The notes beneath the pieces are model-generated. The model worked only from the letters and a program-made list of their open reading frames with translations. It was not told the origin of the DNA and ran no database searches. From contig NC_057753.1 in the NCBI RefSeq assembly GCF_004010195.1, positions 6,727,894-6,791,893 on the forward strand: a stretch of DNA of 64,000 nt. The letters are read 5' to 3'. The position numbers and the translations under genes are program-made. This document shows positions 39,019 to 53,959 of this stretch, in pieces. Source of the stretch: Chiloscyllium plagiosum (Eukaryota). How positions within the stretch are numbered: position 1 is the stretch's first letter; each line of letters begins with the position of its first letter.

Positions 39019-41999
39019 TCAGTTTGTTTTTGTTCTTTAATTGCTGCAAAAGCTTGGAGCGATTTCATTTTAATCGAACTTCTTTTCACGTTTCGTACTC
39101 CTATAATCCTGCTTTTACATTTAATGCATAATGGATTACCGCAACAAGTCTACTGGAATTGATTACTTTGATGCTGTGCTGAAACGTATTTAATACATAG
39201 TGTATTTTTGTTCTTCAGTTTGAAAACAAGTACAAATTATGACTAGAAAGAAATCAGTGAATTATTGAACAATATTCATGTCAATTAATAATTTGTTGAT
39301 TGCAATTATCAATGGGATGCTGAATAAAGACAATTTGCTCTTTGTTATTGACACCAGGGTCACCTCCATGCTCTTGCTATTCTGTGATCAGCGAAGGCCT
39401 TCGTTTTATCTCCTTTCAACACCACGTTAATAAAATTGCGATAAGACAATACGTTTGCTTCTTCCCTCAACTCCACGTCCTTAACTAATCATTTCTCCCC
39501 TACACACATATTCCTTCAAGCACATCTAAACTGTCTCTCCACCTGGACACCTCCTGATGTCCTTTTGTCTGCAACCAATCTGTTCATCGACGTGTCAATG
39601 GTCATCTCAATTTCTCTTTCCCATTCTCCTTCCAACTTGTTTCCAACAGAACTATCTGAACTCCGTAATTGCATAATCAACCATTATATGGTAATCAAGT
39701 CTGTGTGCAAGTGTGGTGCTGTTGTTTTCTGGCATACTGACATTGATGTTATGGGGACTAAATGCCAGATGTTAAATATCTCGTATGAAAGTAACCCTGC
39801 TTTCATAGGTGTAGTCTGCCCTCTGCTTTCTTTCAAAGATGTTTTGAGGCATAGACTACGAGTTCTCTCTCTAAGCCATAAAATTACACAGCCTGAGGTT
39901 GTTTTGTTTTAAATTGGAACAGCAGAAACAGTATGAATGGGTGGAGGCATACTCCCACGGACCCAGCGTTTCAGTTTTAAGTTCAGTGGTTTGTTTACGG
40001 GTTGAAATGGACCACGGAAACTATCTCCCTCTCATCCAGAGTTATCTATCGGCTTCCTGAATCACACGTGAGATAATCAATTTTACTCAATATGCCTTTG
40101 AGAAGGTAATGCTTATGTAAAGTTACGACACTGAACTCTTGCTGATTAGTAGTTGAACAATCTATTATTATGTATAGTTTTACAATAGAGGTTGGGTTAA
40201 ACAATTATTCTTTCTTTTGTCTTCATTTCAACTGTAGACTTGGAATAATATCTGTTTTGCTTAAAGCCCAGGAGAATAGCAAAATGATTTATCTACAACA
40301 CATCACATCCCATTCACCTTTAAAGGAGATAAATGTTGAGGTTTATGCTTTCTTCTTGAGTTTGACGTGGTTTGGCTTGATGCTTCATATTTCTCCTAAC
40401 TCCCCAGGCCTTTAATCTTTCCAGGTAGTTTGTCGACAACGGTCACTTATTTCAACTGATGTTTTCAATACACCCACATCTCTTTCCGAGCCGCCAAACA
40501 CTAGCTCTCCAACACTGCACAGTCAGCTACTTTTCCTTCCAAAAATCCACAAACAGGACTACTCAGGCAACCCCACTATCTCTGCCTGTTCCTGACCGTA
40601 GATCTTGTCTTTCTCCATCTTGGCTCTTGTCCACACTCTTCCCACTTACACTGCAATTCTTCTCAAGCTTTATCTCAGTTTTAGAATTTCCAGTTGACAG
40701 ACACCATTCACCTCCTGTTTCCCATGGATGTGAAATCGATATGCATGCATATCGCCCATCAAGATACTGTAAGACCTCTTCAACTCCTCCTGGGGAAACA
40801 AAATGCCTGAACTGTCCGCATTTATGACCATCCTCTTCTGCTTTGCAGACATTGTTCTCACTTTCAACAAATTCTCATTTAACTCAGGTCAAAGCAGCAG
40901 TAATGAGTGAGAGGAAGGGGTATAAAGAAGTCTTTGTGAGTTGCATGGAGCGTTCAACCTTCCAGTTTTACTCAGTCTCCCAATGGCAATTCTTTCATAG
41001 AAAGAACTATTAACAACATCAATAGTCATTTCCTCACGTGTTTACATCTGGATAATTTTCATTATTTCCTCCAATATCTCCCCTGCTCTCATCGTCCCCT
41101 GATCCAACTCTGATATCAAATGCACCACGTTAATTTTCACATGTTCAGTGATGACAGTCAATTCTATCTCACAGTCATCCCTTTGCGTTGTTTTACAGCA
41201 AACAAGTTATCCAACTGCTTTGTTCGCATCTGGGAAGCACCATTGGAAATTTAATTTCCCACGACTAACTTTATCATTCTCCCTTGGATCCGTTTCAGAC
41301 TCAACTAAACTCATCAGAGCCTTGCTCTCATTTCTGACAGAAGATTGCTTTCCGATTACACATTCACAAAATAGCAGAAAGTTCAATCATGAATGTATTC
41401 TTTATCTCCACTTCACTCTAGTTCATCTGCTATGACGCTCTGGTGCATGTCATGTTTCCGTCGACAACAATCCAACACGTTACAGGGCTTGCTCGCACGT
41501 AGAATCGTGTGAACATTTACAACTCTGCTGTTCGCATTGTGAATCATGTCTCCTTCACTCATTATTTATTTTTCCCTTGACAATGACTGGCACCTGACAA
41601 AAAAAACCTCACTTTTAAAATTAACATTCTTGTTAATAAGTCCTTTGTTGACCCTACTTCCATCACTTCCACTGACATCACTTTCGAATGATCAAAGCTG
41701 CTTTTAGTACGGCCTCTTTAGATTCGCAGGTTTCAAGTTAAACACAAGTGGTTTCCATGACTTAGTGTGAAACTCTGAAATTATATTCTTAAACAACTCC
41801 ATCTTGCTCTCTTGATGAAAGGAGCTTGTCAAAAATGACCCCATCAACCTAGCACCTTTCAAAGGCGCTCTCTCTGACTTGGTGATGAGTTTTGTTTTCA
41901 CAATCCTACTCTGAATCACCATTCGACATTTCTGTACGTGAAACATGTTGGTCAAGTACAGCTGTGACTCTCGTGATACCACCAAATTGTGAGAATGCT

Positions 42000-44460
42000 A
42001 TGCATTAATATATGTGCTTTATCCTGCTTTATTCCAGAGAGAGATTGGATGACAGGAGCCGAGCAGTCTATGAGATTTGGGTGTTCGTTTTCTTAAAGTA
42101 TAAACAGCGCAAGCAGTCTGCATGCGTATGGTTAACAACAGAATCAAGGGTTAAGTTTTTAGTTTGTAGCGGTTGTTGCTGGGTTCTCAGTAGTTTTGGA
42201 AGGCAGTAAATCTCTCCCAGCAGCTACACTCTTTCTCTCTGTGTTTTCCCCTGGAAGTTGCTTTCCCCTCCTGAGCTGCTGGAGTCACATGTGGGAAAAT
42301 TCTGTTTTCTGAGTTTGCCTTTTGCAGAGAAGGTTTTTATGGAATATTGTAGTATTGGAACAGTTACAGTTTAGTCAAATACTAATCTATCAAACTGTTG
42401 CGATTTCCAATCGATCTAGGTTATTCGAAATTCTTCTTTCCTTCGTCGCATTGCAAGAAATGCCATCGGAATCAATGGAAATACCAAACGAAGCATTTTG
42501 AATTAGAGGCAAAAGAAGACCTTCGATGAGCCAGAGCAGAAGAAAAATAGACAGCGAGACAGACTGAACTCTAAATTTTGGCAATTCGAGAGGAAAGTCG
42601 ACTTAAAAGGGCATGGGTGATTCCAGTTGGATTTAGTGATGTGAATTGTGATGAGGACCACTCTTCTTTACCAAAGGAGGTTGAAGGTCTGTTTAAATAT
42701 GTTCAAACGTTGCCGAGGTTTGACGAGGATTATATAGAAGCATGTTTCATTTCTCTTGAGGAAGTGGCAAAACAAATGAAATGGCTAATGGCAATGTCAG
42801 TACGATTGATTCAAACAAAGTTGACGAGCAGAGGCAATGCGTTGCTTTCATTATCAGTCGACGCACTTAGGGCAGAGAATGAGTTGGAAAATGTCATTGC
42901 AAGTTCATATGGACTCGTGCCAGAAGCAGACAGGCATCATTTCAGGAATCAAAGGAATATACTAGTCATTGTTCATTGAGTAAAAAACAAAATAATTTTA
43001 ATAGTTTGATAAGTGCCTTCAAAATAGATCAAATATATGGTTGCTCTTAGAGAGACGATAGTTTTGACAGTGTTCAAATCTTCACAACTTAACGTATTGA
43101 GAAGTCATCTTGTAGACTGATACCTGCAAGATAAGCACTGTACACGGTAGATGATAATAAATTGATTCACAAACACAACTTTGGCTTCCGACGTAAATTT
43201 CAATTGGAGTCATAAAAAGAAATCCTCAGTTGGTACATGAACAGTAGATCTCATTGGACATAGTAAATGCGGCTTGCCAGAGTCTAAAAAAGACACACAT
43301 GAAGGGCAAAGTGAAGCTGAAAAGCCACTGGACAGTCAGGAAGCAGGTATTGCAGGAAGTAATGGTTCCTGACTATATGGTAACGAATTCACAAAGCTAC
43401 AGGTTGAAGCAGTAGTAGAAAAGAATAATGATACAGCGATTGAATTTCAGTTTTTGAAACAATATTAGATTGAAGGATTGAGAACAAAACAAGAACAGGT
43501 ACAGGACAAATTTGATATTATTTTAGTTCCAGAGAAATTGCCTTAATTATTCCAGACAGATGAAAACTGAATCAGTTCTATCGAGAACACTACACAGATG
43601 AATGTGAGTGCATCAAAGTGCGCTACGATCGTAAAAAATGACGTCTTTATGAGGACGAAGTGACCATTGTATTCCATCGGAGATAAGAAATGGGCACACG
43701 TTCATCAAGTTGCATTACTGGGGGTAAACGAAATGAGATGTTGAGGGAAGGATGTGCAATATGGGAGTAAGAAAAGGTTAAACAAAACATAAAAACATTT
43801 TAATTGGACTAGAATGCAAAAGGTTATACTGAATTTTACTGGAAATTTTGGGTAATTGGAAAATCTCAGGCAGTGATAAATCCAACAGCCTCACATTTCA
43901 GAAACCACTTACAAGTGACCGAATTGATTGTTTAGTATTCATACTGAAAAGAAAACAGAAGTGCAAATCAGTATTTGTTCATCAGACAAGATGTGAAACT
44001 AAATTTTCAGAGGCCGTTTAATTACACAATATCGATATTTATGGTTCTGGAAAAAAAAACAGAAGTCAGGCAGCATCTGAGGGGCAAGACAGTCCAAGTT
44101 ATAGGCTGGACGCTTCATCGGGACAGCATAGTGAGGCCTGAAACGTGTGTTACATTGCATTTCAGATGCTGCCTGGCCTGCTGTGGTTTTCGCAGTGCCA
44201 CACTTCATCGACTCTGACTCTCTAGAACTTGCAGTACTCACATAACTGCATAATACAGTATCATGTATGAAAGAATCGTAGTAGAGTGACTCAGTTTTCT
44301 TTCTTTTTTTATGTAATGCGAACAAAATTAAACCAAGGGTCGAATTTTGCATTACAATTTTTGTCAGGAAGTTATAGAAAGCAGGGGAATAAAGCAATAC
44401 AAGTCCAACGAGGACCATCGGGAATTTCAGGGTGAATGACCACCAGATACCCCACAACTT
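42000..44460 (+). mobile_element. Degenerate Gypsy LTR retrotransposon (LTR remnant, gag, integrase fragments)
   Basis: ORF 42578-42979 LPRFDEDYIEACFISLEEVAKQMKW...LIQTKL...YGLVPEADRHHFRN is gag-like; interrupted by a hairpin element at about 44045-44245. Confidence 0.7.
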
Positions 44461-44469
44461 AACAAAGAG

Positions 44470-45420
44470 CTGTTATGGTTTCCTACAATACCCCATAAAC
44501 CTCAATGTTTCGTTTCTTTCTTGCTTTCTTTTCCTTTTGCTTCTAACCCAATCTGCTACAATTTCAATTGATGTTTAGCCATGTCCAATGATTCTGATGG
44601 AGTTTCCAGCAAATGTAAATGCAGAGCTATTGCTCGACTAACTGCATCTTCTCTAGGAGACATAGGCAACTTCAACTCCAGCTCGTTTACCAATTACAGC
44701 AGCTTTTCCTTGTCAACTCTTTGCAAAAGCCCAAACTTCACTTCTTCCACCCTCATTAAACTCGAAGTGACTGAAACAGTCATTGCTACGCCAAGTGCTC
44801 TTAAAGCAAACTAATTCAACACCCGAAGCAATAGACACTAACCCGTACCATTAGCTTCCTTTGAATCCAACAAACGTATTCCTAAACTGGAATGATATTA
44901 TCAATCCCATCCGAGCTCCCATTCTTTTATGTTCCAGGTCATATGCCCCAAAACATTTTAAGATGGTAGCCCAAATCCTACGGTTGCATGTTGTTTCCAC
45001 ACAGATGTCTCCCAGAATGATGCAGCTGTTCAAACCAATGGGCTTCAAATAAAACAGAATGTATTTAGCCATCACCACAGGAAACAAAAACAAAATAAAA
45101 CAAATTTTGAGTTGAAAACCCGATTGACGCAATACCCCAGCATTTAATGAAGAGTTGTTCTGATTTCTAGCTATAGCCCATAAACACACCCCTTGGCAGA
45201 AAGACAAATTCATACACAGGTTCTTACAGGAGAGAGGGGAGCAGCCCAGGATCATTGGCTGAAGCATGGAACCTCCTATTTTCCAATAGCTTCCCTGGGC
45301 CTCCTGTTAAAACTAAAGCAAACCAGGGGAAAAAAAGAACCTGAACTGGGAAAACTGACCTCTCTGTTTTCACTTTAAAAGTTCTCCATAAAAAAGACCT
45401 AAAAACCATTTTCTATGATT
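44470..45420 (-). mobile_element. Gypsy 5' end: LTR, tRNA-Pro-like PBS and gag start
   Basis: PBS-like TGGGAGCTCGGATGGGAT (44921-44904), 14/18 match to the tRNA-Pro PBS, next to an AACA LTR end; gag N-terminus KEKLL*LVNELELKLP...AIALHLHL. Confidence 0.6.
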
Positions 45421-45429
45421 ATTGCCTTA

Positions 45430-46040
45430 TTGTAGAGTTAAAGCAACATTTGTTGAAGGTAGGGACAAGTTTATCGAGGCAGATGAGGGTATTTCTGGAG
45501 AGGGACTGGATGGGTCGGATGGAAAAGAAGAAGTGCAGAGCGTGGAGTCCATCCTAGTTTGGTATAGACGCGTATAGGGACTGCACACCCATAATGAAAA
45601 TAATGCGCTGAAGGCTGGGGAACTGGGGGCCCTGATAGGCGGTCGTAATGGCATGAAACGGAAGTCACTTTGGACAGGAGACTCCCAGTACTTTCTGGAG
45701 ACTCCGCGGGAGTAATGGCGGTGGGATTTGGAGTCAGTCAGAAATGGGGCATGAATTTTGAACAGCGAGTGCGTTCTCTGACTGGAGGCGAGAGGAGCAG
45801 GGTTTTGCAGACTTGTGATTTTTATTACTGGATATGAAACTGATTTCTTTTTGTTGAGCTGGTGGATTCTCCGTTGGATTTAGGAGAGTAGCAGTCCTCC
45901 ACACTCAAGGGAAAGGGAAGCTGTAAGCTGGAGCAGGGATGAGGAGGCAGAATGGATGTGCGTCTGCATTGCTGAGAGGGTGGAAGAGAGAATCCGGACA
46001 GAAAGTTTTTGGTGGAGGCATTGGAGTTATTACAATAATA
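45430..46040 (-). mobile_element. Penelope-like RT fragment
   Basis: Hand translation MGVQSLYASIPN*DGLHALHFF...NTLICLDKLVPTFNKCCFN resembles the PLE RT DVxSLYTSIP motif. Confidence 0.7.
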
Positions 46041-47489
46041 GAACATCAAAGGTGGTTCCAAATTTGGAGCATTTAAAATGTACCTGTAGGCCTTGAGGTG
46101 TGAGATAATTGTGAAGACAGCAGCTATGCAACGATACTTGGCTGTAGTAACACAATCACAGAATAGCTTCCGATGTTTCTGTTGTGCCCGTGCCCAGCGT
46201 CAGAAATTTACAAAGTGTCCCTCAGATGATAGCACCAATTCCGTAAAAGGGCTTTGGAGTAAACATATCTATTTTTGGTAACTAATATCTCATTGCTTTG
46301 TTAGTCTCGCTTTCCTTTTTCTTAAAATGTAGTTGAAATCGACCTAACTTTTATCATTTGACATTAGCAGTCTCGTTCATCGTTCTTTTCAACCTCTTAC
46401 CCCATCTGCCTCAGGAAAGATGGACGTTTTGCTGCTCCCGTTAGTTTAAAGCTGGATAAATGGGTATAGACTTTTATTTTTGCTCTAATGATGTTGAGTG
46501 CCTGTAAATGTCAACAGTTCCCTGTCCCCCATGTGCCGTCCCTCACGCCCTGAGGTGTTTGAATCCTGTTCTATCGCTCTGTTCTCGGGTATAGTGATCA
46601 AATCAGTTGTAAATGTTTGAAAAGTACATTTGCCACACGTACAGTTCTCTCGCACATCAAGTCTTTAACCCGAAGACAATGTATCATTAAATATATTCTG
46701 GTGAGACACAAAGAAGGGCAAAGACCAGCAGTTGGAAATTAAACATAATTTTCGATACAACGTCTAGTCAGGTTGGCGCTCGAATCCTGGTTACAATTTC
46801 AGGGAGAGTTGACTTTCTCTAACCGTTTGTTCAATAACAACTTTGATATAAAAGATCCATGAATAACTCTGAGGAAATAAGTAGTAGTTTCAGTTCAACA
46901 GTTCACTGACCAACAAAGGAAACCTCGCAGCATTCACCGTGCCCAGTTAACAGATGGAAGGATCAAGGAAATTATCAAAGAACTATCGAGCGGGGAACAA
47001 ACCAAATTGAATTAAAATGCCCAAGTGTTAAGGCTACAATGCCTGCTAGTAGTTACTCCAGACTAACTCCCACTCCAAGTTAGTCATTATCCTGACTTGG
47101 AAATGTATCCCAATTCCATCAAGGTCGCGGGGTCACAAACTCGTATTCACTTGCTTACGGTCCTCCTTTTGTCTCGACGTGACAAATACAGGAGCAGTTC
47201 TTGGGGGTAGTTCGCCAGCACTTTCTCCAGGGCAATTGAGAATGCAGGTTAGTGCAATCAGCGACATCCACGTACTGTGAAACAATGGAAAATTACGGAC
47301 ACAATTTCAATTGTTGTTATGTCTTCTTTAAAACGAGACGATCTTCCCAAGAACACTGAGGCTCATCTGCATGAGGTTCCATTCACTGACTGGCAGTTCA
47401 GCCCTCTCGGGCTCACAACTCCATTGGGTGCACAACGCAGTAAGGTTAAAGAATCCTGAGACTCAGCAGCAGATTACTGAGAGCTGAGA

Positions 47490-47765
47490 ATAGAGCCAAT
47501 GTCTTCCAATATCCACTTTTTTATTACAGAGTGGGCAGGACAATAGTGTACCACAGGAAATGGCATCACCACAGGAAATGACATCATCAATACAAGGAAA
47601 ACTAAACACATAAGTAGAAAGCGGGCCATGTTACCAGCGCTTCATCCGGAGGCTCACTGATGATGTTACCTAGTATGGTGATGATACGTCAGAAAACGAA
47701 CCTTCCAGTTCAGCGAGCAAACCTACATCCAGAACCTCGACCTGAGCTACAAATCTTCTCAAAAA
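47490..47765 (+). mobile_element. Penelope terminal repeat with a degenerate hammerhead core
   Basis: CTGATGA-T-GTTACC-TAGTAT-GGTGAT-GATACGTC at 47657-47690; homologous to 2670-2850. Confidence 0.65.
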
Positions 47766-50700
47766 CTCTCTACCACTTAATATCGCATGAGAAAATTGTT
47801 TCCTTCAAGTAACTATTGGCAAGATAAAATGTTCGATTACTGCAATATCTTTGTTTTTCTAAATGTTGTCTCCACCCCACCCTGGGCATGTCTACCCCCG
47901 AAGGATGTTTTTCACAATCCTTATGATTTTTCGACCCACATTATTGATCATAATTTGAGATTCAGAAACTGTACCTGCTCCATCATTAATGCTATTTTCC
48001 ACTTCTGTAACGTCAGCCTATGTCGCCCCTGCACCATCGATCTGCTGTTCAGTCCCTCTTCCAGGTCTCCGAACGTGACAATTTCAACTTCTTCTTGACT
48101 GCCGTCTCAAATCCTATTGTGTGTGGACTTCAGATCATCAAAAACCCGGTAGTTGTTGCTCTCACTCACACAAAGTATTTACCTGTCAGTACTGACCTTG
48201 CTGGCCGACATTGACTTTCTACTTGGAACAGTGTTAAGGGGCGATGGCACCGCAAAGGCTTCGTCTCTGAGCTCATAATCCAAATGTTCCAGCATCGAAA
48301 TGCGTTCAATTCGCTTTTCAGAAACTGGCACAGTTTCAATTTTATTCATTCAATCTGCAGGTAGAAACTGGTGCATGGTTTTGAGTTAAAAGCCTTTGTA
48401 CTGTCGTTCCAACGGGAGAGAAATTAATCTCAGACACGGTTCAACGCAGAAATTATGAGAGGCACAATCCACCAGATTCCAAACTGTGTGTGGAGATAGC
48501 AATCAAATTCAAAACCAATCATGACCATTTGGCCTGTTGGGTTCTTGCTAGCCTGCAAGGAAAATAATCAGTCTTCCCACTTATGTCCGTGTGTTTTAGT
48601 TTGCAAATTCTATGTTGTAGATTTTCATCATTCTTTCTCCAAGACTGATGCATGAAACACACCATTCACTTCAATCCCAGTTGTTGAGACTGCCTGGCAG
48701 TCAACCGACTGGAGATATTTTGAATGTTCTGACACTGGTTAGTCCACCAGCGCCTCCGAATTGAGAATGACAGCCCACCTGCTTTTCACGAACCTTTATG
48801 ATGACAATGTATCTATCCAATAGCCCAATGGGTGGAATGAAGAGAAGTCTGGAAGACTTGAATTTAGAATAGGTTGCTAGTCTCCAGATGATTTGTCGAT
48901 GGAACACAATACCCATTTGACTAAGAAAAACAGTTTCTACAGCATTGCGTTATTATTGCGATAAAATCAAACTTTGCTACAGCGGAGAATGGAATCATAG
49001 CCAATCACATCCATGAGGCTTCCTGGCAAACCGGCTTTACAAGTTCTGCAATCCTGCGTTCTTCTTATTGCAATATACGTAAATGCCTCCTCTGCAACTT
49101 ACCTGAGTCCTTGGGGATTTCCAACCTCAACACCAAATTCAGACTAAATACCAGAAGAAGTAAGGAAGCTGCATAACCTTGATCAGCAGAACAGGCTGAA
49201 GAAAGGGAATTGATCAGGCAACTACTGTTACAAAAAAAAAACAAAAGTAAGTTTTGGAGCTTAACGTGATTTCGCCAAGAACACATATGCAGCACATTCT
49301 GTTCAAAATTCATATCTGCACCCACTGAATATGGAAAGTAGTTCGGGTGTGAAATGTGTTGCTTAAGGATGCTTGAGGAATCAGATAGTTTTTATTCAGA
49401 AATTAAGGACATACAGGGTAAAGGCAGAAATATGAAACAGGATGATATGATCAATTATAGAGGCATAACACTTGACGGGATGAATGGTCTCCTTATTGGC
49501 TGAAAGAGTCTGTGATTATTTTAAGTCAAAATCTGTGTAGCATTTTGTCATTGATCTCCAGATAAATTGCATGTCAACATTAACTATTTTCTATGATTAT
49601 GACCTGGTCGAGGAAGTGCAAGTCTCAATAGTGCTGCACATAGCAATAATTCTTTGTGGTGCAGGGATTCTCTTATCTACGGAACAGGACATGAATGTGC
49701 AGGTGTGGAGCTGGTTTTGATAGAACATGTCAGTCTGTAATGGCAATAAGCAGGCATCGGTTTCTGCGCAGCAAGAAGGTGCTGGCTGAGACCGGAAGAA
49801 AAGACTGATAAATTGAGGAAGTGCAGATTCGTGGAAAATTCTGTGTCAGCAAAAATCCGAAATAAGAACTTTCCAGTCTCTCCTTCCCATTAAAGAGAAT
49901 GACGGCGCAAGGCTTGATCCGAGAGCTCGGCCTCGGTGCGTGTCGCCATGTCTATTGTGTGCAGTGGTCAGCAGGACACGAGTGAGAAAATCATTTTTTT
50001 CAAGAGGGAAATGCTTTAAAAGTGTGAAAGGAGCTTATTGTTCAGAATGGAGATAACTTGTTCAACAAGCTCTATTACATATTCACACCAAATGTTTTAT
50101 TGATGAGGCAGAAGGAAAAATAAAGAAGCAAATTCTGTTCCCTGGTTTCCGCCATGTCATGCACATCATGCCGATGTCTAAATTCTTTGGTCTCAGGAAA
50201 GTCACATGACGACACAGAACTGCATCTCGTAACTTTGAGCAGGTACCATTCTCGAATCGAGACAGTATCGACCAAAACGAGGTGTAATGTTGAGAAGGAA
50301 ATGTGTTAAATTATCCTGGGCCAGACGAAGTAAACATCGTAATTTTTTTGTCTTTTCATCTGGACAATTAATGAGGGATTTTTTAAAACGCCTTTTGCAG
50401 TGGATTTGAAGAGGATCATTTATGTGCAGCAAACTGAAAACAAGATAAATATCTGTTGCTTATGAGTTGCTGTCCTGCGGCCTAAATAATGAAATTTCTA
50501 AACATTTCACAGCATACTCCTAGAAGCTATGCAGACAGGAAACTCAAACTAAACTTAACACAATCTCTACGTTCATCTGGTTCTGGATATTAACCACCTT
50601 TCCGAAGAAGCCATTGAGTTCCAAGACATTGCTACTTGCAACACATCTGTTATTCAGCATCATCTCTGTTCAAATATCAAACGTGTGTCCGATAAACTTT

Positions 50701-51199
50701 TTATTTTTCTCGAAGTCATAATGCAGACAGCTTTGCATGTACCTGCCTTGTTGAAAGTTATCATAAAACAACAGCGTGACGGAATTGTTATGGTGCTGAA
50801 GGCATCATTCAGCCCACTGCACTCGTTCTAAGTATTTTTCTCCTGTTAATTTTCTGTGTTTATACTGTAGCTCTGCACTCTCTTTCTTTAAGTTACTGAT
50901 TGATTTTTTTCCATTGATTTACTTATTGTCACGTGTACCGAAGTATAGTGAAAAACTACTTCTGAGCAGTACAGCAAGATGATAGTAAGCAAGGATGTAC
51001 AGATCAAAAAGACTCAGAACAGAGGCATACAGCTTACATTGCTTATTGAGGTAAGAGAGCCCATGATCTGTCTACCAATGGCATAGACGAACGTGTTCCT
51101 GAACCTGCTAGTTTGTGCGTTCAGGCTTCTGTATATTCTGCCTGATGGAAGAGCTTGTGGGTGATCATTACGGGGTTTGCAATGGGGTTTTGATGATGT

Positions 51200-51860
51200 T
51201 GGAAATAATTCAATTGAACAATTCTGATAAATGTAGAGAATGATCCTTCCGTGTGTGACTAAAAATCACCAGATCATCAATGTGCACCACACAATTCGGT
51301 AATCCAGGAATGACAGTGTTGGTTGCTGTCCCAAATGTGGCTGGTACATTTTTTCATAGCAAATGTCATGATTTTAAATTGATACAGTCCATTCAGCATT
51401 ACGAAATTGTCTTCACTCTTTCGGAAAAAAAGAACTGCCAGTTTCGACTAAGCAAGTCCAACTTAGAAATATGAGTTGTTTGTCCCACGGCTTCAATACA
51501 TTTTTCCAAACAAGGAATCAGATATGAATCAGACCTCATAATTGCTTCGACTTTGCGATAGACGGCTGTTGGTGAGCTCCAATCACTGCAATACAGTTCG
51601 ATTATGTTGCCTTGTAACATGCGTTCGATCTCCATTTGGAACCGTGCCAACTTTAAAAGTTAAGCCTGAAATATGTTGTTTAACAGGAACAGCATCTCCT
51701 ATATCTACATCATGCATAATTTGGTTAACACTTTCCTGATTATTTCCAAATGTCTCCCCATGCGATAGCAATATCTCATTCAGGTCATTTTGATTATCCT
51801 TTCGAAGTTAACTGAATAATTTATCCCAATACTTGACAACTTTCTCATTGTGCAATTTAA
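51200..51860 (-). mobile_element. Gypsy RT fragment
   Basis: HDVDIGDAVPVKQH; SDWSSP; DSYLIPCLEKCIEAVGQTTHISKLDLL. Confidence 0.75.
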
Positions 51861-52149
51861 TTTCGAACATAGAAGATAGACAATGCAGCGCAGAACAGGC
51901 CCTTCGGCCCTCGATGTTGCGCCGACCTGTGAACAATTCTCTGCTAGAAAAGCTACTGAACTGGGAGAACTTGGCACTTCACTTCCATTGCATGTAAGTG
52001 TTAAAAAAAAACTAAAAGCCATTCTCTGGCATTGTTGCCGTGGACAGGTTCTGCTGGTCAAAAGCAAAGTGGCTTCACCCAGTCAACTCAGATTCTCTGC
52101 TTCTTACTACTCCTTTTGGAAAAAAAAAACTTCTGAAAGAGCAGCATCG

Positions 52150-52745
52150 CCACAGTCATCAATGAACTTGTAGATAGAGTTTGTTTTAAATTTGGCAGCA
52201 CAGTCGTGGGTGCACACGGCGTACAGTAAGGGGTTGAGGATGCATCTTTGGCGGACCCCAAGATGGAGTCTTATAGAGGAGTAAGTGGAGAGACCTATCT
52301 TCACTAATTGTGGTCTGCAGGTCAGAAAGCTGAGGATCCAGTTGCAGTGGGTGGAGTCGAGACCGGTTATTGTAGTTTTGAGATACCAGGAGGGGATAAT
52401 GATGTTGAAGGCAGAGTTGTAATTTATTATAAGGAGTCTGATGTAGGAGTTGGTACCGTCCATGTGTTCTGGGGATTAGTGCAGGTTTAGGAGTATGGAA
52501 TCCGCTGTGTACCTGTTGTGTACATCGGTGAATTGTAGGGGTTCAAGGCAGGCTACGACACTGAAGTTGATGTGGGTTACGTCCAGCGTCCTGAAGCACT
52601 TCAAATGAATACTGAAGTCAGAGCCACTGGGTGGTCGTTCATTAAGATACACTGCATGTGCTTTCTCAGATAAGAGGGTAATGGAGGTCTGCTTGAAGCA
52701 AGTGGAGACTTCGGCTTGTATGATGGAGAGGTTTCAGATATGGAT
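52150..52745 (-). mobile_element. Rex1/Babar-type LINE RT fragment
   Basis: YIRLLIINYNSAFNIIIP...CNWILSFLTCRPQLVKIG...ILNPLLYAVCTHDC...KFIDD. Confidence 0.75.
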
Positions 52746-53959
52746 AAATTTGTTCACCTTGATCAAAACCCGCTTCAGTCTCCTTTTATCGAAGAGGAAC
52801 AAACTCAGGTTCTCCAACCCAGCCTTCCAATTGATTATCACTATCCCTCTAACTCGTCTATCAAATTCACTCCATTCCCTCTCTGAGACTCTGTCATCTA
52901 TCACGATGTGTGGTGATTTCTGGATTGGACAGACACAGATGTCAATTGCGCAGTAACATCACCTGCTCCCTGAGGATTTCCTCACCGGTGAGGTTTTTTT
53001 TCTCTGACTTCATTGTTTCTGAAACGCTTTAAATCGCAGGCCCCAGCTGGAGGATTTAAAGTTGAAAACTGAATGTGTCTCAAAGATATACTTAAGTATT
53101 CATCTGCAAGTTTAAGCTTCTCCTTACAATTTCCATCATCTTATTCCCTGACACTGAGGCTAGTGTAGTGCTTTTATTCTGGATCAGAATCCGGATACAT
53201 CCATTGTTCTGTTTCGTTTCTGCCTGATCACCTCAATGGCATTGTCTCCTTTCCCCATCTCATAATGAGTTGATGTCGGTTCTGTTTAGTACTTAATTGG
53301 TACTTCTCTTGACTGCTCGAACTGAGGTTTCCATGCCTTGATCATATTCTGCTGACTGACAAGCTTCTGGAACAAGTAATTTTGGAGGATGCACTATACA
53401 TACACGCTTTGATGTGAAAACATTGCCGTTTAGACATCACTAATCAGACTCCAGATCACTGTTAATCTTCATTTGCCTGCAGAAGTAATATTTGACCTTC
53501 CTGAACTGCTGCAGTCCTTGTCCTGCAGGAGCTCCCACAATGCAGTTACGCGTAAAGGCTGCAATCATTCACTCAGAGGTGGTGAAGGAAACAAAAACGT
53601 CCAAAACAACAACATCCACTTTAATTTCAGTTGTGCTTTATTGGAAGAGATATATCCAGCGCATTTAATAGTAATGAAATAAAAATAATTCGATACTGAC
53701 AGCCAGAAGGTGGTGTCTGGGCAGGTGACCAAATAATCGACCCAATCAATAGATGTTAAGGAGTACACTGAAACCACAAAGTGAGGTTGAGAGCAGCAAG
53801 AGCGAGGGAAGAAATTAATAGCTAATTTTGGATGCACAGCCAGCAAAGTTTGTTCAGTTAAAAATCAGTGATAGGCATGCACCCATAAACCGAGGGGCAT
53901 AGATATCATGCACTGCTCGAGGATATAACAGAGGTGGTAAGGATTTTGAGGGTGGAAGA

